Below are positions 27,937-37,722 of a stretch of 64,000 nucleotides of DNA, one piece after another (position 1 is the first letter of the stretch; every line of letters begins with the position of its first letter). Made by a program: the position numbers and the translations under genes. Source of the stretch: Puniceicoccales bacterium (GTDB lineage: Bacteria > Verrucomicrobiota > Verrucomicrobiia > Opitutales > UBA953). Under the pieces are notes generated by a model. That model did not search any database and was not told the DNA's origin. It saw only the letters and a program-made list of their open reading frames with translations. Where the stretch lies: NCBI GenBank assembly GCA_031269335.1, contig JAISZI010000095.1, forward strand, positions 6,930 through 70,929, read 5' to 3'.

Positions 27937-28804
27937 GACAAAACGTCGTAACATTGTGAAAACCATGCGCTAATACAGGCGCACGAAGGTCCCCCGTCTT
28001 CTCGTAAACTAAACAAAGATAAACACCAAAAAAGGTCAGGGGCAAAAAAGCCGGCGCACTAAAATGCGCAGCTCCAAAGATAACCCCCGTCAAACATGCC
28101 GCCGGAAATACCCCGCAAATCCGTTTGAAAAGCGGATACAATAACCCCCGAAAAAACACTTCTTCCAAAACCGGCGCAGCCACCGCCACCGATAACGCCG
28201 CCGACACCATAAACCACCCATCCCCACGATGCCGCATTATGAGAAGCACCATCGCTTGCTTCTCCTCCAACCCAAGCGATACCCCCCAACCTTGCCTCAA
28301 AAAAATGTCCACCACCTCCGCCACCAAACCGCCCAACCATACAACCGCCTCCGCCCCAATTAAAAACAACAGCGGATGCCACTCTCCCCAACGAAATACC
28401 CGCGCTAACCGCCTCCGACAAAAAAATGAGATCGGCTCAATAAAACCGACTGACCTCATTAAGCCAAAAATCACTCCCAATGTCGCCGCCGCCCCCAATA
28501 AATGTTTCCAAAACATCACACTCTCCCTGTCCCCCTTTCCAAACAAAGGAAACGCCCCAACTACCGTCGGTATTACCATGAAAACAAATCCCGACAAAAA
28601 TACCACCACCACAAAATCTTCAAATCTTCCCCGCCACACCCCCACATCTCCCTCCTCGGGGTCCGCCATCGCTTTCCTCCGCCTATACACCCATTGCAAG
28701 GCAATTACCCCCAAACCCGCCACAACCAACGCATCCCCCAAAAAGGTGACAATGGATTCAACTGAAAACATACAAGCACCTACGAAAACACCCAATCTCA
28801 ACAT
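27914..28804 (-). CDS. CPBP family intramembrane glutamic endopeptidase (CAAX protease-like)
   Basis: It carries the motifs APVLEEVFFRGLLYP (EExxxR), GVIFGAAHF (FxxxH) and HGFHN (HxxxN). The start was moved to MLRLGVF to exclude the REP array. Confidence 0.85.
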   Translation of the reverse strand: MLRLGVFVGACMFSVESIVTFLGDALVVAGLGVIALQWVYRRRKAMADPEEGDVGVWRGRFEDFVVVVFLSGFVFMVIPTVVGAFPLFGKGDRESVMFWKHLLGAAATLGVIFGLMRSVGFIEPISFFCRRRLARVFRWGEWHPLLFLIGAEAVVWLGGLVAEVVDIFLRQGWGVSLGLEEKQAMVLLIMRHRGDGWFMVSAALSVAVAAPVLEEVFFRGLLYPLFKRICGVFPAACLTGVIFGAAHFSAPAFLPLTFFGVYLCLVYEKTGDLRAPVLAHGFHNVTTFCLIMAGWG

Positions 28805-28931
28805 CGCGACACAAACTTTCGATTGCACGCAGGATTTCGCAGAGCGGGGGCGGAGCGGAGGCGGAGTGGAGGCAGGGGCGAAGCGATGGCGCGTAACGGA
28901 GATAGGAAATAAGGAGATAGGCTCGATCTTC

Positions 28932-29571
28932 GCCCCAAAGGAGCGGCTCCAAGTTAGCCCAGGGCAGCACCCTGGGTACGGCGACACCACACAAACAGAA
29001 GCCCCAAAGGGGCGGCCCTAATATAGCCCAGGGCAACGCCCTGGGTATTGAAGTGGAAGGAAAGGAAAGCCCCAAAGGGGCGGCACCAATCCAGCCCAGG
29101 GCAACGCCCTGGGCTATCATCAGAATGCGCCGCTGACGCGGGTAAATTGTGGTACGCCGTCGCCTTCGCTCCAGCCTTCCCCCAGGGCGTTGCCCTGGGA
29201 AATGCTTGGTGCCGCCCCTTTGGGGCTTATGGTGTTTAATGGACATTCAAACCCAGGGCGTTGCCCTGGGCTATATTGGTGCCGCCCCGTTGGGGCGTAT
29301 GGTGTTTTAACAACCTTCAGACCCAGGGCCCTGCCCTGGGCTATGATTGGTGCCGCCCCGTTGGGGCTGCGGGCAGTAGTGCAGGCGGGACGCCTGCGCT
29401 CCCATGTCTGGGCTATGTTAGGGCCGCCCCTTTGGGGCTTTTCTTTCCCTTCACCTCCGAACCCCAGGGTGCTGCCCTGGGCTATATTGGTGCCGCCCCT
29501 TTGGGGCTTTTTCCTTCCCTTCCGAACCCAGGGCGTTGCCCTGGGCTATATTGGTGTCGCCCCTTTGGGGC
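28932..29571. repeat. array of ~45-bp double-hairpin REP-like elements: 3 forward copies, then 6 reverse copies (one truncated)
   Basis: The consensus is GCCCCAAAGGGGCGGCACCAATATAGCCCAGGGCAACGCCCTGGG. Forward copies lie at 28932-28976, 29001-29045 and 29069-29113. Reverse copies lie at 29181-29226, 29252-29296, 29322-29367, 29407-29438 (partial), 29463-29507 and 29527-29571. Confidence 0.9.
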
Positions 29572-29685
29572 TTGTGGTGGGTGGGTTGGTAGCGCATCCG
29601 CCGATTCCCACTCGTTCCAACCGTGCTCCACCCGGTCCTCACACGAAGCCTGCTCGCCCCTAAATTCACTCGCGAAACCGCGCCC

Positions 29686-29719
29686 AAAAAAAAGACCGCC
29701 CGTTAGGCGGTCTTTTTTA
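29686..29719 (-). terminator. rho-independent terminator downstream of the oxidoreductase gene
   Basis: The sequence aaaaaaaagaccgcc-cgtt-aggcggtctttttt has a 9-bp stem. On the minus strand it is followed by a T8 run. Confidence 0.85.
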
Positions 29720-29754
29720 GTGGAAGCTATGTGTGTTGTAAGATTTTTCGCGAT

Positions 29755-31083
29755 TTAGGCGAAGAAACCACCGTCGGCGGATGTCGCCTTGATGAACGCG
29801 TTGGCTTCGTCGTCGTTGATAAACTTCCCTGCTTTGGAATCCCAGTTGAGGGTGCGCCCGACGCGTTGTGCGATGACACCGAGCAAGATAACTTCGGCGA
29901 AGGGACCGGAATAGGCGAAGCGAGAGCTTGGCAGTTTGTTTTCCCTGATGCCTTCAATCCAGTTGAGGTAGTGGCGACCTCTGAGGCGTGGGTAAACTTC
30001 CTTTGGCGCCTTTTCCTCGAGTTTGGCGAGTTTTTCCTTCGGCACATAGGCTTCAAAAGCACCGCCCCAGCCAGAGACGGAAAGGGTAAATTCTTTGCCG
30101 TGGAGAAGGCAACCGTTGCTACCCAGTCCTTGTGCGCCGGTGGGTGTGGCGGGTTTGCGTCTTCCGTCATACCAAACGAACTTAACGGGACCGCGTTTGT
30201 TGTTGCCCGGGAAATAGTAGGTGACGGTGCTGGCTTTCGGATAGGCGATTTCGCTTTTACCGGAGACGTTTACTTCGATCTTTGTGGGTGCTGTGAGGTC
30301 GAGGACGTAGAAGGCGTCGAACATGAGGTGGATCGCCATATCGCCGAGTGCGCCGCAACCGAAGTCGTAATAGCCGCGCCAACTGAAGGGGTGGAGTCCT
30401 GGGATGTAGGGGCGTTTTTTTGCCGGTCCGAGCCACAAATCCCATTTCAATCCAGCGGGGACTGGTTCGGAGGCGCGGTATTCTTTTTGTCCCTGGGGCC
30501 AGATTGGGCGGTCGCTCCACGATTCTGCGAGGGAGACGTCGCCGAGCAGACCTGCTTCATACCATTCTTTGGCTTTGCGGGTGTGGTCGGATGATGCGCC
30601 TTGGTTGCCCATCTGCGTAACGACTTTCTTTTCAAGGGAAAGCGCGGTGAGGCGGCGCACTTGGTCAATTGTATGACAGAGCGGCTTTTGCACATAGACG
30701 TGCTTGCCGAGAGCGACGGCGGAGTATGCTGCTGTAAAATGGGTGTGGTCGGGAGTCGAGACGGAGACGGCGTCAATATCCTTGCCTATTTTATCAAGCA
30801 TTTCGCGGTAGTCCGTGAATGTTTTGGCTTCTTTGTATCGTTTGTTTGCTCCGACGAGGCGTCTTTCCTCCACGTCGCAAAGACCGACGATTTTGACCCC
30901 CGGGCACTTTGAGATGCCGTTGAGGTCGCCTGCGCCCATACCGCCGATGCCGATGCCGGCGACGTTAATGCGGTTGCTGGGAGCATCTGCTCCGCGCAGG
31001 AATCCGGACGGCAGGATGAGCAGACCGGACGCCACGCTGGCGTTTTTTAAGAAGTCGCGACGCGACAAAACTGGTTTTTGCAT
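29755..31083 (-). CDS. Gfo/Idh/MocA family oxidoreductase with a twin-arginine (Tat) signal
   Basis: It has MQKPVLSRRDFLKNASVASGLLILP (SRRxFLK Tat motif) and the Rossmann motif INVAGIGIGGMGAGD. Confidence 0.85.
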   Translation of the reverse strand: MQKPVLSRRDFLKNASVASGLLILPSGFLRGADAPSNRINVAGIGIGGMGAGDLNGISKCPGVKIVGLCDVEERRLVGANKRYKEAKTFTDYREMLDKIGKDIDAVSVSTPDHTHFTAAYSAVALGKHVYVQKPLCHTIDQVRRLTALSLEKKVVTQMGNQGASSDHTRKAKEWYEAGLLGDVSLAESWSDRPIWPQGQKEYRASEPVPAGLKWDLWLGPAKKRPYIPGLHPFSWRGYYDFGCGALGDMAIHLMFDAFYVLDLTAPTKIEVNVSGKSEIAYPKASTVTYYFPGNNKRGPVKFVWYDGRRKPATPTGAQGLGSNGCLLHGKEFTLSVSGWGGAFEAYVPKEKLAKLEEKAPKEVYPRLRGRHYLNWIEGIRENKLPSSRFAYSGPFAEVILLGVIAQRVGRTLNWDSKAGKFINDDEANAFIKATSADGGFFA

Positions 31084-31237
31084 GTCTGTAAAAGAGTGGT
31101 TATTAGACAAACCGCGCAGACAAGGCAATGCGCTGCATGTTCCGTATCGGGCACATTTTTTACGGTTTGCGCCGGGAAACTTTGTTTTCGGGTAATTTTA
31201 GTCGCTTTGAGAAAGGTGGTTTTTATGAATCCGGCGC

Positions 31238-32521
31238 ATGAGAATTTTTCCGCTTTTTGTGGGGGTCTGGGGCGTGTTTTTCTGTGCGGCGGTGACCGCT
31301 GTTGCGGAACCTGTTGGATGTCAAGGGCGTGTGCTTCCGCGTTCGCGGGTGGTGCGGCTTGCATCGCCGACCGATCAAGGCGTCCCCATCGTGAGTCGTT
31401 TGCTTGTTGAGGAAGGGGACACGGTGGAACTCGGTGCGGTTGTTGCGGTGCTTGCCGCCGAAAAGCCTGCTGCGTTGCTTGTGGCGCACGCTGAAAAAAA
31501 ACTCGAAATCGCCCGTGTCGAGCTTGCGCTTACCCGTGCTACGGTCGCCGCTGATGCGTGTGAAAACGAGGTGCGGGTGGTTGACGCGAAAAGTGCCGTT
31601 GCCGCTGTCGAGGTCACGCTCGCTTCTGCTCGGATAAATGCCGCCCGCCGCCGTTTGCCCGATGGTGCGGTGCGCGAAATTGAGTCCGCGTTTGCCGTGC
31701 AGACCGCCGCGTTAGCGCGGTTGCGCGTGGACCGCCTTGCCTTCATTGCGAAGATTGATGCTGCCGTGGAGACGGCGAAGGCGCAGGCACGCGAGGCGGG
31801 CGGTGGGTCGGACGGGCGTATCGCTGCTGCGGCGTTGGCGGAAGCCTTGGCGGCGCACGAGACCGCGTTGCGCGAGATCGACGCACGCGAGGCGGTTGTC
31901 GCGGGAGAGTTGGACGTGCTGCGAGCGAAGATTGACGCAGCGCGGGCACTGAATGCGCAGTTCGAGTGTGATCCCGCCGAGATTGCCATGTTGGAGCGTC
32001 AGGTTTCGCTTGCGAAAGAGGCGGTTTTGGCACGGGAGAAGGCAGCTATTGCCGCACGCCATTTGGGCACTGCGCGGATTGCGGCGGCGGAAGCTGCTGT
32101 TGCCGGTGCGGTGGCGGAGGTCGCAATCGCTGCGGAGCGATTGGCGTTGACGCGTATCAAATCGCCCCTTTGCGGAACTGTTTTGCGCGTGTTTGCGCGT
32201 GTTGGCGAGGCGGTTGGCGGTGTCGGGGTGATGGAGATTGCCGACATTTCGCGGATGGCGGTTGAGGCGGAAGTTAGTGTTGCCGATATTTCCCGTGTGA
32301 AGAACGGAGATGGTGCGGAAATTCGCGTGCCGGGCTTGGCAAAGATAGTTACGGGAAAAGTCGTGCGAGTCGGACGACGGGCGGTAGCGGGCGCATTGGC
32401 GGACGAGAATCCCGCCGCGTTCAAGGACTTACGCGTTATTCCGGTGGAAATAGCGGTGGATTCTGCTGCGGCGTTGGGTCACCACACCGGCGCACAGGTG
32501 CAAGTGCGTATTGGTAAATGA
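31238..32521 (+). CDS. HlyD-family membrane fusion protein (DevB-like ABC-exporter adaptor)
   Basis: It has an N-terminal TM helix, the lipoyl-like half GRVLPRSRVVRLASP...VSRLLVEEGDTVELGAVVAVL, a long Ala-rich coiled coil, and the second half IKSPLCGTVLRVFARVGEAV. Confidence 0.75.
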   Translation: MRIFPLFVGVWGVFFCAAVTAVAEPVGCQGRVLPRSRVVRLASPTDQGVPIVSRLLVEEGDTVELGAVVAVLAAEKPAALLVAHAEKKLEIARVELALTRATVAADACENEVRVVDAKSAVAAVEVTLASARINAARRRLPDGAVREIESAFAVQTAALARLRVDRLAFIAKIDAAVETAKAQAREAGGGSDGRIAAAALAEALAAHETALREIDAREAVVAGELDVLRAKIDAARALNAQFECDPAEIAMLERQVSLAKEAVLAREKAAIAARHLGTARIAAAEAAVAGAVAEVAIAAERLALTRIKSPLCGTVLRVFARVGEAVGGVGVMEIADISRMAVEAEVSVADISRVKNGDGAEIRVPGLAKIVTGKVVRVGRRAVAGALADENPAAFKDLRVIPVEIAVDSAAALGHHTGAQVQVRIGK

Positions 32522-32663
32522 GTTGAGCCATGAGCATAGCTGGTGTTTTTTGCCGCGGACGCCGTTTCTGGCAGGTGTCGGCAAGGGCGGTCGCGGGCGA
32601 ACGATGGTGTTGCTTCTTTATGAAATCTGCGTTTCCAGAGCATCTCTTTCACACACTTCTCCT

Positions 32664-33344
32664 ATGCAAACTCGTGCAAAAAAATACATCGTTGAACTCG
32701 TTGGGACGTTTTTCCTCGTTCTGACTGTTGCTACGGCAGCGATTCTCGCGCCAGGGAATCCCCTCACTCCGCTCGCCATCGGGTCGGTGTTGATGGTGAT
32801 GATTTATGCCGGCGGGCATATTTCAGGCGGGCATTACAATCCCGCAGTGACGGTCGGCGTCTGGCTGCGCGGGCGCATAGCGGCTGTGGAGGTGCCTTTT
32901 TACATCGTCGCCCAGCTTGCGGGTGCCGGAATCGCTGTCTTGGCGGCGAAGGCACTTTATCCCGCTGCGGCGGCTAAATTGGCAAGCGTGGTTCCTGCGG
33001 CGGCGGGTGCTTGTTCCGCTTGCGACGTGTTCGCGGTCATCCTTGCCGAGTTTCTCTTCACTTTTGCGTTGGTGTATGTGGTGCTCAATGTCGCCACTGC
33101 GAAACGTAATGCTGGCACTGGTTTTTATGGTCTCGCGATTGGTTTCACGGTGTTGGTGGGCGCGGTTGCCGTGGGCGGCGTTTCCGGCGGTGCCTTCAAT
33201 CCGGCGGTGGCGACGGGCGTCGCGCTGCTTTCAAAGAGCGGACCGCTCACCTTTTGCTCCATTTGGCAGCATCTTTTAGGCGAAATCCTTGCCGCCGTTG
33301 CCGCAGGTGGACTCTTCCGCCTTCTTAACGACGACGACAAATAA
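32664..33344 (+). CDS. MIP-family channel (aquaporin-like)
   Basis: It has two NPA boxes (ISGGHYNPAVTVG and SGGAFNPAVATG) and six hydrophobic helices. The 226-aa product starts at the internal ATG MQTRAKKYIVELVGTFF. Confidence 0.9.
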   Translation: MQTRAKKYIVELVGTFFLVLTVATAAILAPGNPLTPLAIGSVLMVMIYAGGHISGGHYNPAVTVGVWLRGRIAAVEVPFYIVAQLAGAGIAVLAAKALYPAAAAKLASVVPAAAGACSACDVFAVILAEFLFTFALVYVVLNVATAKRNAGTGFYGLAIGFTVLVGAVAVGGVSGGAFNPAVATGVALLSKSGPLTFCSIWQHLLGEILAAVAAGGLFRLLNDDDK

Positions 33345-33416
33345 CGCCGTTTCGCCTTTCCTCCCCCCGCGCCCGCCGTGCTTCTGCGTCAAGAATGCGG
33401 CGGCGGCGCGTGTTTT

Positions 33417-35366
33417 TTATTCGTCCAGCTCGCGTAGCCAGAGCGCGGCGGTGGCGTCGCTGGGCATGCGCCAATCGCCGCGAGGAGAGAGGGCGACGCT
33501 GCCGACCTTGGGACCATCTGGCATTACGGAGCGCTTATATTGTTGGGAGAAAAAGCGTTGAATGAACACCCGGAGCCATTTGCGAATGGAGTCTGGGTCA
33601 TATTTTCCAGAGAAAGCGTGTTGGGCGAGGAAGAGGATTTTTTTGGGACCAGCGCCCGTGCGGACGAAGTGGTGGAGGAAAAAATCGTGCAACTCGTAGG
33701 GACCGATAATGCGTTCTGTTTCCTGAGAAATGGTGCCGTTTGGAGTCGGAGGAAGGAGTTCTGGGCTGACCGGCGTTGCGCAGATATCGTCGAGGATGAC
33801 GCCCACGTCGCCCGGATGGCGTTCCCGCGCCGCCCATGCGACGAGGTGGCGCACAAGGGTTTTAGGGACGCCGATGTTGACGTGATACATTGAGATGTGG
33901 TCGCCGTTGAAAGTGCACCAGCCGAGGGCGGCTTCCGATAGATCGCCCGTGCCGACGACGAAGCCGCCTGTTGCGCCCGCGATGTCCATGAGGATTTGGG
34001 TGCGTTCGCGAGCTTGGGCGTTTTCGTAGGTGGCGTCGGGCGCATCTGGCGTGTGACCGATGTCGCGCAGGTGTTGTTCAAAGGCGGGAGTGATGGGAAG
34101 TTCTCGCGGAGTTGTGCCGAGGAGCCGAGGGAGTCGGGCGGCGTTGTTTCGCGTGCGAGTGGAAGTGCCCGGTCCCGGCATTGAGACCGCGAGGATACCG
34201 CGCAGATCGAGGGAAAGGCGGTTGAACGCTTCGACGCACACGAGAAGGGCGAGGGTAGAGTCTAATCCTCCCGATACGCCGAGGGTGACGGTGCGGGTGT
34301 TGACGTGGCGGATGCGGCGGGCGAGACCTGCGGCTTGGATAGAAAATATCTCGCGGCAATTGGCATCGCGTTTTGAGGGGTCGGAAGGCACGAACGGCGT
34401 CGGGGAAACGCGGCGGCGCAGGCGAGATGTCCCGCCGGCAGGGGTGCCGAGGCGGAAAGGGACACGACGGAAGGTCGGGGCGGCGGTGCCGAACCAGGTG
34501 TTGTTGAGGTGCCGTTCGTGCAGGAGTCGTTGAATGTCCACTTGCGAGACGAGCATTGTTTCCTCGAAGGAGAAACGCTCGGACTCGGCGATGAGTTTTC
34601 CGTTTTGGGAGATCATGCCGTGTCCGCTGAAGACGACGTCGGAGCTGGACTCGTTAGGACCGCTGTTGGCGTAGGCGTAGGCGGCGATACAACGGGCGCT
34701 TTGTTGGATAACGAGGTCGCGCCGGTAGGCGGATTTGCCGAGAAGCTCGTTGCCGGCGGAGGGGTTGCACAGGACGGTGGCACCGGCGAGTGCCTGTTTG
34801 CCACTGGGCGGTTCGGCAGCCCACAGGTCTTCGCAGATTTCAATGCCGACAATACATTCACGCATGTTTTCGGCTTGGAAAAGGATGTCTGTGCCAAAGG
34901 GAACCTCGCCGCCGTTGAAGTTGACAGTGTCCCCGCCCGTCCACGTTTTGCCGGAGGCGAACCAGCGTTGTTCATAAAATTCGCCGGTATTTGGCAGGTG
35001 GGTTTTAGGGACGATGCCCACGACGCGCCCACCGGAGAGAAAGGCGGCGGCGTTGTAGAGACGGCCGTTTGCGACGAAGGGCAGGCCCACAATGAGAGAG
35101 ACGCCTGACGCAATTGTCGTGGCGGCAAGCTCGTTGAGGCCTTCTCGGGCTGTGCGCAGGAGTGCCTCTTGATAAAAAAGGTCGCCGCAAGAGTATCCCG
35201 TGAGGCTTAATTCTGGGAAAACGACGAGGGCTGCACCCTCTTCTGCTGCGTGTTGGGCGGCGGTTTTGATGAAGGCGGTGTTGGCGGTGACATCGCCAAG
35301 ATGTAACTCTGGCGTGATCGTGGCGAGCGTCAGATAACCGTGTTCGAGCAGGGTCGAGGCATTCAT
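33417..35366 (-). CDS. nadE: glutamine-dependent NAD+ synthetase
   Basis: It has an N-terminal CN-hydrolase domain (LVVFPELSLTGYSCGDLF, EICEDLW) and a C-terminal NAD synthetase domain with the PP-loop LGVSGGLDSTLALLV. The start is taken at MNASTLLEHGY (codon 51 of ORF 33417..35516). Confidence 0.92.
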   Translation of the reverse strand: MNASTLLEHGYLTLATITPELHLGDVTANTAFIKTAAQHAAEEGAALVVFPELSLTGYSCGDLFYQEALLRTAREGLNELAATTIASGVSLIVGLPFVANGRLYNAAAFLSGGRVVGIVPKTHLPNTGEFYEQRWFASGKTWTGGDTVNFNGGEVPFGTDILFQAENMRECIVGIEICEDLWAAEPPSGKQALAGATVLCNPSAGNELLGKSAYRRDLVIQQSARCIAAYAYANSGPNESSSDVVFSGHGMISQNGKLIAESERFSFEETMLVSQVDIQRLLHERHLNNTWFGTAAPTFRRVPFRLGTPAGGTSRLRRRVSPTPFVPSDPSKRDANCREIFSIQAAGLARRIRHVNTRTVTLGVSGGLDSTLALLVCVEAFNRLSLDLRGILAVSMPGPGTSTRTRNNAARLPRLLGTTPRELPITPAFEQHLRDIGHTPDAPDATYENAQARERTQILMDIAGATGGFVVGTGDLSEAALGWCTFNGDHISMYHVNIGVPKTLVRHLVAWAARERHPGDVGVILDDICATPVSPELLPPTPNGTISQETERIIGPYELHDFFLHHFVRTGAGPKKILFLAQHAFSGKYDPDSIRKWLRVFIQRFFSQQYKRSVMPDGPKVGSVALSPRGDWRMPSDATAALWLRELDE

Positions 35367-35496
35367 TTCGGAAAGGTGAAGTGGGCGGTGAGCAAAAGGT
35401 GAAATCGCGATGCAGGAAAGGGAAAATCCCAGCGGAAAGCGCCTGTGTGCTTTTTTTGAGTTTTCGTCCCGATGGGCATCGGGCATCTTCCGGCGC

Positions 35497-36924
35497 ATGT
35501 TTCCGCCCATAACCAATGTCCTCGCGGAGCGTTACGCTTCGGAGGGAATGAAGTCCATCTGGTCGCCCGTCGGGCGGGTTGTGCTCGAACGCGAGTTTTG
35601 GATCGCCGTAATGAAGGCGCAGCGCGACCTCGGATTGCCCGTTCCGGAGGGTGTTATCGAGACCTACGAACGCGTGAAAGACGTGGTTGACCTGGAGTCC
35701 ATCGCCCGCCGCGAAGCGGTGACGCGGCACGACGTAAAGGCGCGCATAGAAGAATTTTGCGCACTCGCGGGTTGCGAGCACATTCACAAGGGAATGACGA
35801 GTCGCGACTTAACCGAGAATGTCGAGCAGCTGCAAATTCACCGTTCGCTGACGTTTTTGCGGGTGAAAGCGGTAGCGTGCCTGTCGAGGCTGGCAGAGCG
35901 GGCAGTCGAGGCACGGGACATTCCGCTGGCGGCGCGCACGCACAATGTAGTGGCGCAGCCGACTACGGCAGGACGGCGTTGGGCGATGTTTGGCGAAGAG
36001 CTTTTGCTCGGTATCGGGCGGCTCGACGCGCACATTAACAGCTACGCGGCGCGGGGACTCAAAGGGGCAGTCGGCACACGGCTCGACCAGATGACGCTTT
36101 TTAAGGGCAACGACGCTCTCGCTGCGGAACTTGATGTGCGCACACTCGCGCATATCGGTATCCCGCAAGGGCTTGAAGCGACCGGGCAGGTGTATCCGCG
36201 TTCGCTGGACTTTGACACGATGGCTGCGCTGGTGTCGCTCGTTTCGGCGCCGTCATCGTTTGCGACGACGTTCCGTTTAATGGTCGGGCACGAGCTTGCG
36301 GGGGAAGGTTTCTTGCCGGGGCAAGTCGGGTCGTCCGCCATGCCGCACAAGATGAACAGCCGTAATTGTGAACGCTTGAACGGATTCCTCGTCATCTTGC
36401 GCGGTTATTTGGGGATGGCGGCAGACTTGGCGGGCAACCAGTGGAACGAAGGCGATGTGTCTTGCTCCGTCGTGCGCCGCGTGATGCTTCCTGACGCGTT
36501 TTTCGCAACCGATGGCGCGTTGGAGACATTTCTGACCATTCTCAATCAGATGGAGTTGAACACCGCCGTCATCGCCCACGAGACGCGCCATTACCTGCCG
36601 TTTTTATTGACGACGACCCTGCTCATGGAAGCCGTGAAAGCGGGCGCGGGGCGCGAGGAAGCACACGAAATTATCAAGCACCACGCCATAGCAACCGTGC
36701 GGGAACTGCGTTCTGGCGCGATTTCTCAAAACAACCTTCTCGATCGCCTGGCGGACGATCCGCGCCTTTGCCTGTCGCGGGAGCGCGTGGGGGAAATAGC
36801 GAAGGATGCCGCCTCTCTCACGGGCGCGGCAGGCTTGCAAGTGGATGCTTTTGCGCGACATGCCACAGCGTGGGCACGGCGTTTTCCCGAAGCGGCAAGC
36901 GTGAGACCGGGACGGATGTTGTGA
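35497..36924 (+). CDS. purB: adenylosuccinate lyase
   Basis: It has the fumarate-lyase signature GSSAMPHKMNSRNCE and the N-terminus LAERYASEGMKSIWSP. The start is at MFPPITNV (codon 30 of ORF 35410..36924). Confidence 0.92.
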   Translation: MFPPITNVLAERYASEGMKSIWSPVGRVVLEREFWIAVMKAQRDLGLPVPEGVIETYERVKDVVDLESIARREAVTRHDVKARIEEFCALAGCEHIHKGMTSRDLTENVEQLQIHRSLTFLRVKAVACLSRLAERAVEARDIPLAARTHNVVAQPTTAGRRWAMFGEELLLGIGRLDAHINSYAARGLKGAVGTRLDQMTLFKGNDALAAELDVRTLAHIGIPQGLEATGQVYPRSLDFDTMAALVSLVSAPSSFATTFRLMVGHELAGEGFLPGQVGSSAMPHKMNSRNCERLNGFLVILRGYLGMAADLAGNQWNEGDVSCSVVRRVMLPDAFFATDGALETFLTILNQMELNTAVIAHETRHYLPFLLTTTLLMEAVKAGAGREEAHEIIKHHAIATVRELRSGAISQNNLLDRLADDPRLCLSRERVGEIAKDAASLTGAAGLQVDAFARHATAWARRFPEAASVRPGRML

Positions 36925-36985
36925 CGTCAGAAAGGGATTGACGGTGCAGGCGGGTCTCCCCAACTTGCGCCCCCGTCCACTAATT

Positions 36986-37060
36986 GCCAGTGTAGCTCAG
37001 TGGCAGAGCGCGGGTTTCATAAGCCTAAGGTCGGCGGTTCGATCCCGCCCACTGGCACCA
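36986..37060 (+). tRNA. tRNA-Met (anticodon CAU; elongator-type or possibly tRNA-Ile2 if lysidinylated), CCA encoded
   Basis: The sequence is GCCAGTGTAGCTCAGTGGCAGAGCGCGGGTTTCATAAGCCTAAGGTCGGCGGTTCGATCCCGCCCACTGGCACCA. The acceptor stem is GCCAGTG/CACTGGC, the anticodon loop is TTCATAA, and the T-loop is GGTTCGATCC. The paired 1:72 position argues against an initiator. Confidence 0.92.
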
Positions 37061-37081
37061 AACACTTAACTGGCTCGCCCG

Positions 37082-37606
37082 ATGAAAAAGTTCATACCGT
37101 TGTTTCTCCTTCCTCTGTCCGTGTTGTTTTTCACTGACACAGGTGCCCAAGTTTCCCAACCGCCGCCGTTGCTCAATGCCGCCGTTGACGATCCGGGTTA
37201 CTCGCGCCTGCGCGGCATTACCCAATTTTTCCTCGACGTAACGTCCAGTGATCTCAACTCCGATGCAGAGCTGCGCGGCGAAGTGCGCGATATCATGGAG
37301 TTAGAGTTCCGGCGGTCGAACATCGCCGTCTCGAGCATCCCGACGACATCGGCGGTGACGCCTACGCCGGTCTTGCAACTTCACTTGAAGATAGAACGTG
37401 GTCCTGGTCGCGTGAGTTGCGAACTGCGGCTGTCCGTGTTGGATAAGGTGGAAATCGTGCGGAACAAAGAACGCATAAACGCCGTTACCTTCGATACCAG
37501 CCGACAAATCGGTTTTATGCCTGAACAAAACCTCAGCCGAGACGTCAGAAACCGTGTTCGAGAGATGATCCGGGAATTTATCCGCGGCATGAAGCGCAAC
37601 CCCTGA
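37082..37606 (+). CDS. small secreted hypothetical protein
   Basis: It has the signal peptide MKKFIPLFLLPLSVLFFTDTGAQ. I recognise no family motif. Confidence 0.6.
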   Translation: MKKFIPLFLLPLSVLFFTDTGAQVSQPPPLLNAAVDDPGYSRLRGITQFFLDVTSSDLNSDAELRGEVRDIMELEFRRSNIAVSSIPTTSAVTPTPVLQLHLKIERGPGRVSCELRLSVLDKVEIVRNKERINAVTFDTSRQIGFMPEQNLSRDVRNRVREMIREFIRGMKRNP

Positions 37607-37722
37607 CCCATCGCCCCTTTTTTGGCGGGTAATTTTGAGAACGCGGGCGTTTCCTGCATGGGTTGTTACGTTGCGTTACATTGTCTTAAAGGAGTTGCCA
37701 ATGGTGGGGCGAGGGGTAGTCA

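Noticed and set aside
28932-29571. The regularly spaced ~45-bp repeats could be mistaken for a CRISPR array.
   Set aside because: The copies are degenerate and occur in both orientations. Spacers are only ~15-30 bp and partly homologous to each other. The same unit occurs singly elsewhere in the window, and no cas genes are present. A REP/MITE-like element fits better.
28758-29758. ORFs crossing the repeat array (28758..29246, 29048..29239, 29190..29663, 29261..29758, 29451..29687).
   Set aside because: Their sequences are just the repeat unit read in different frames (APLGL, PRALPWA, SPGQRPG, KGRHQ) on both strands. They overlap one another and have no start context.
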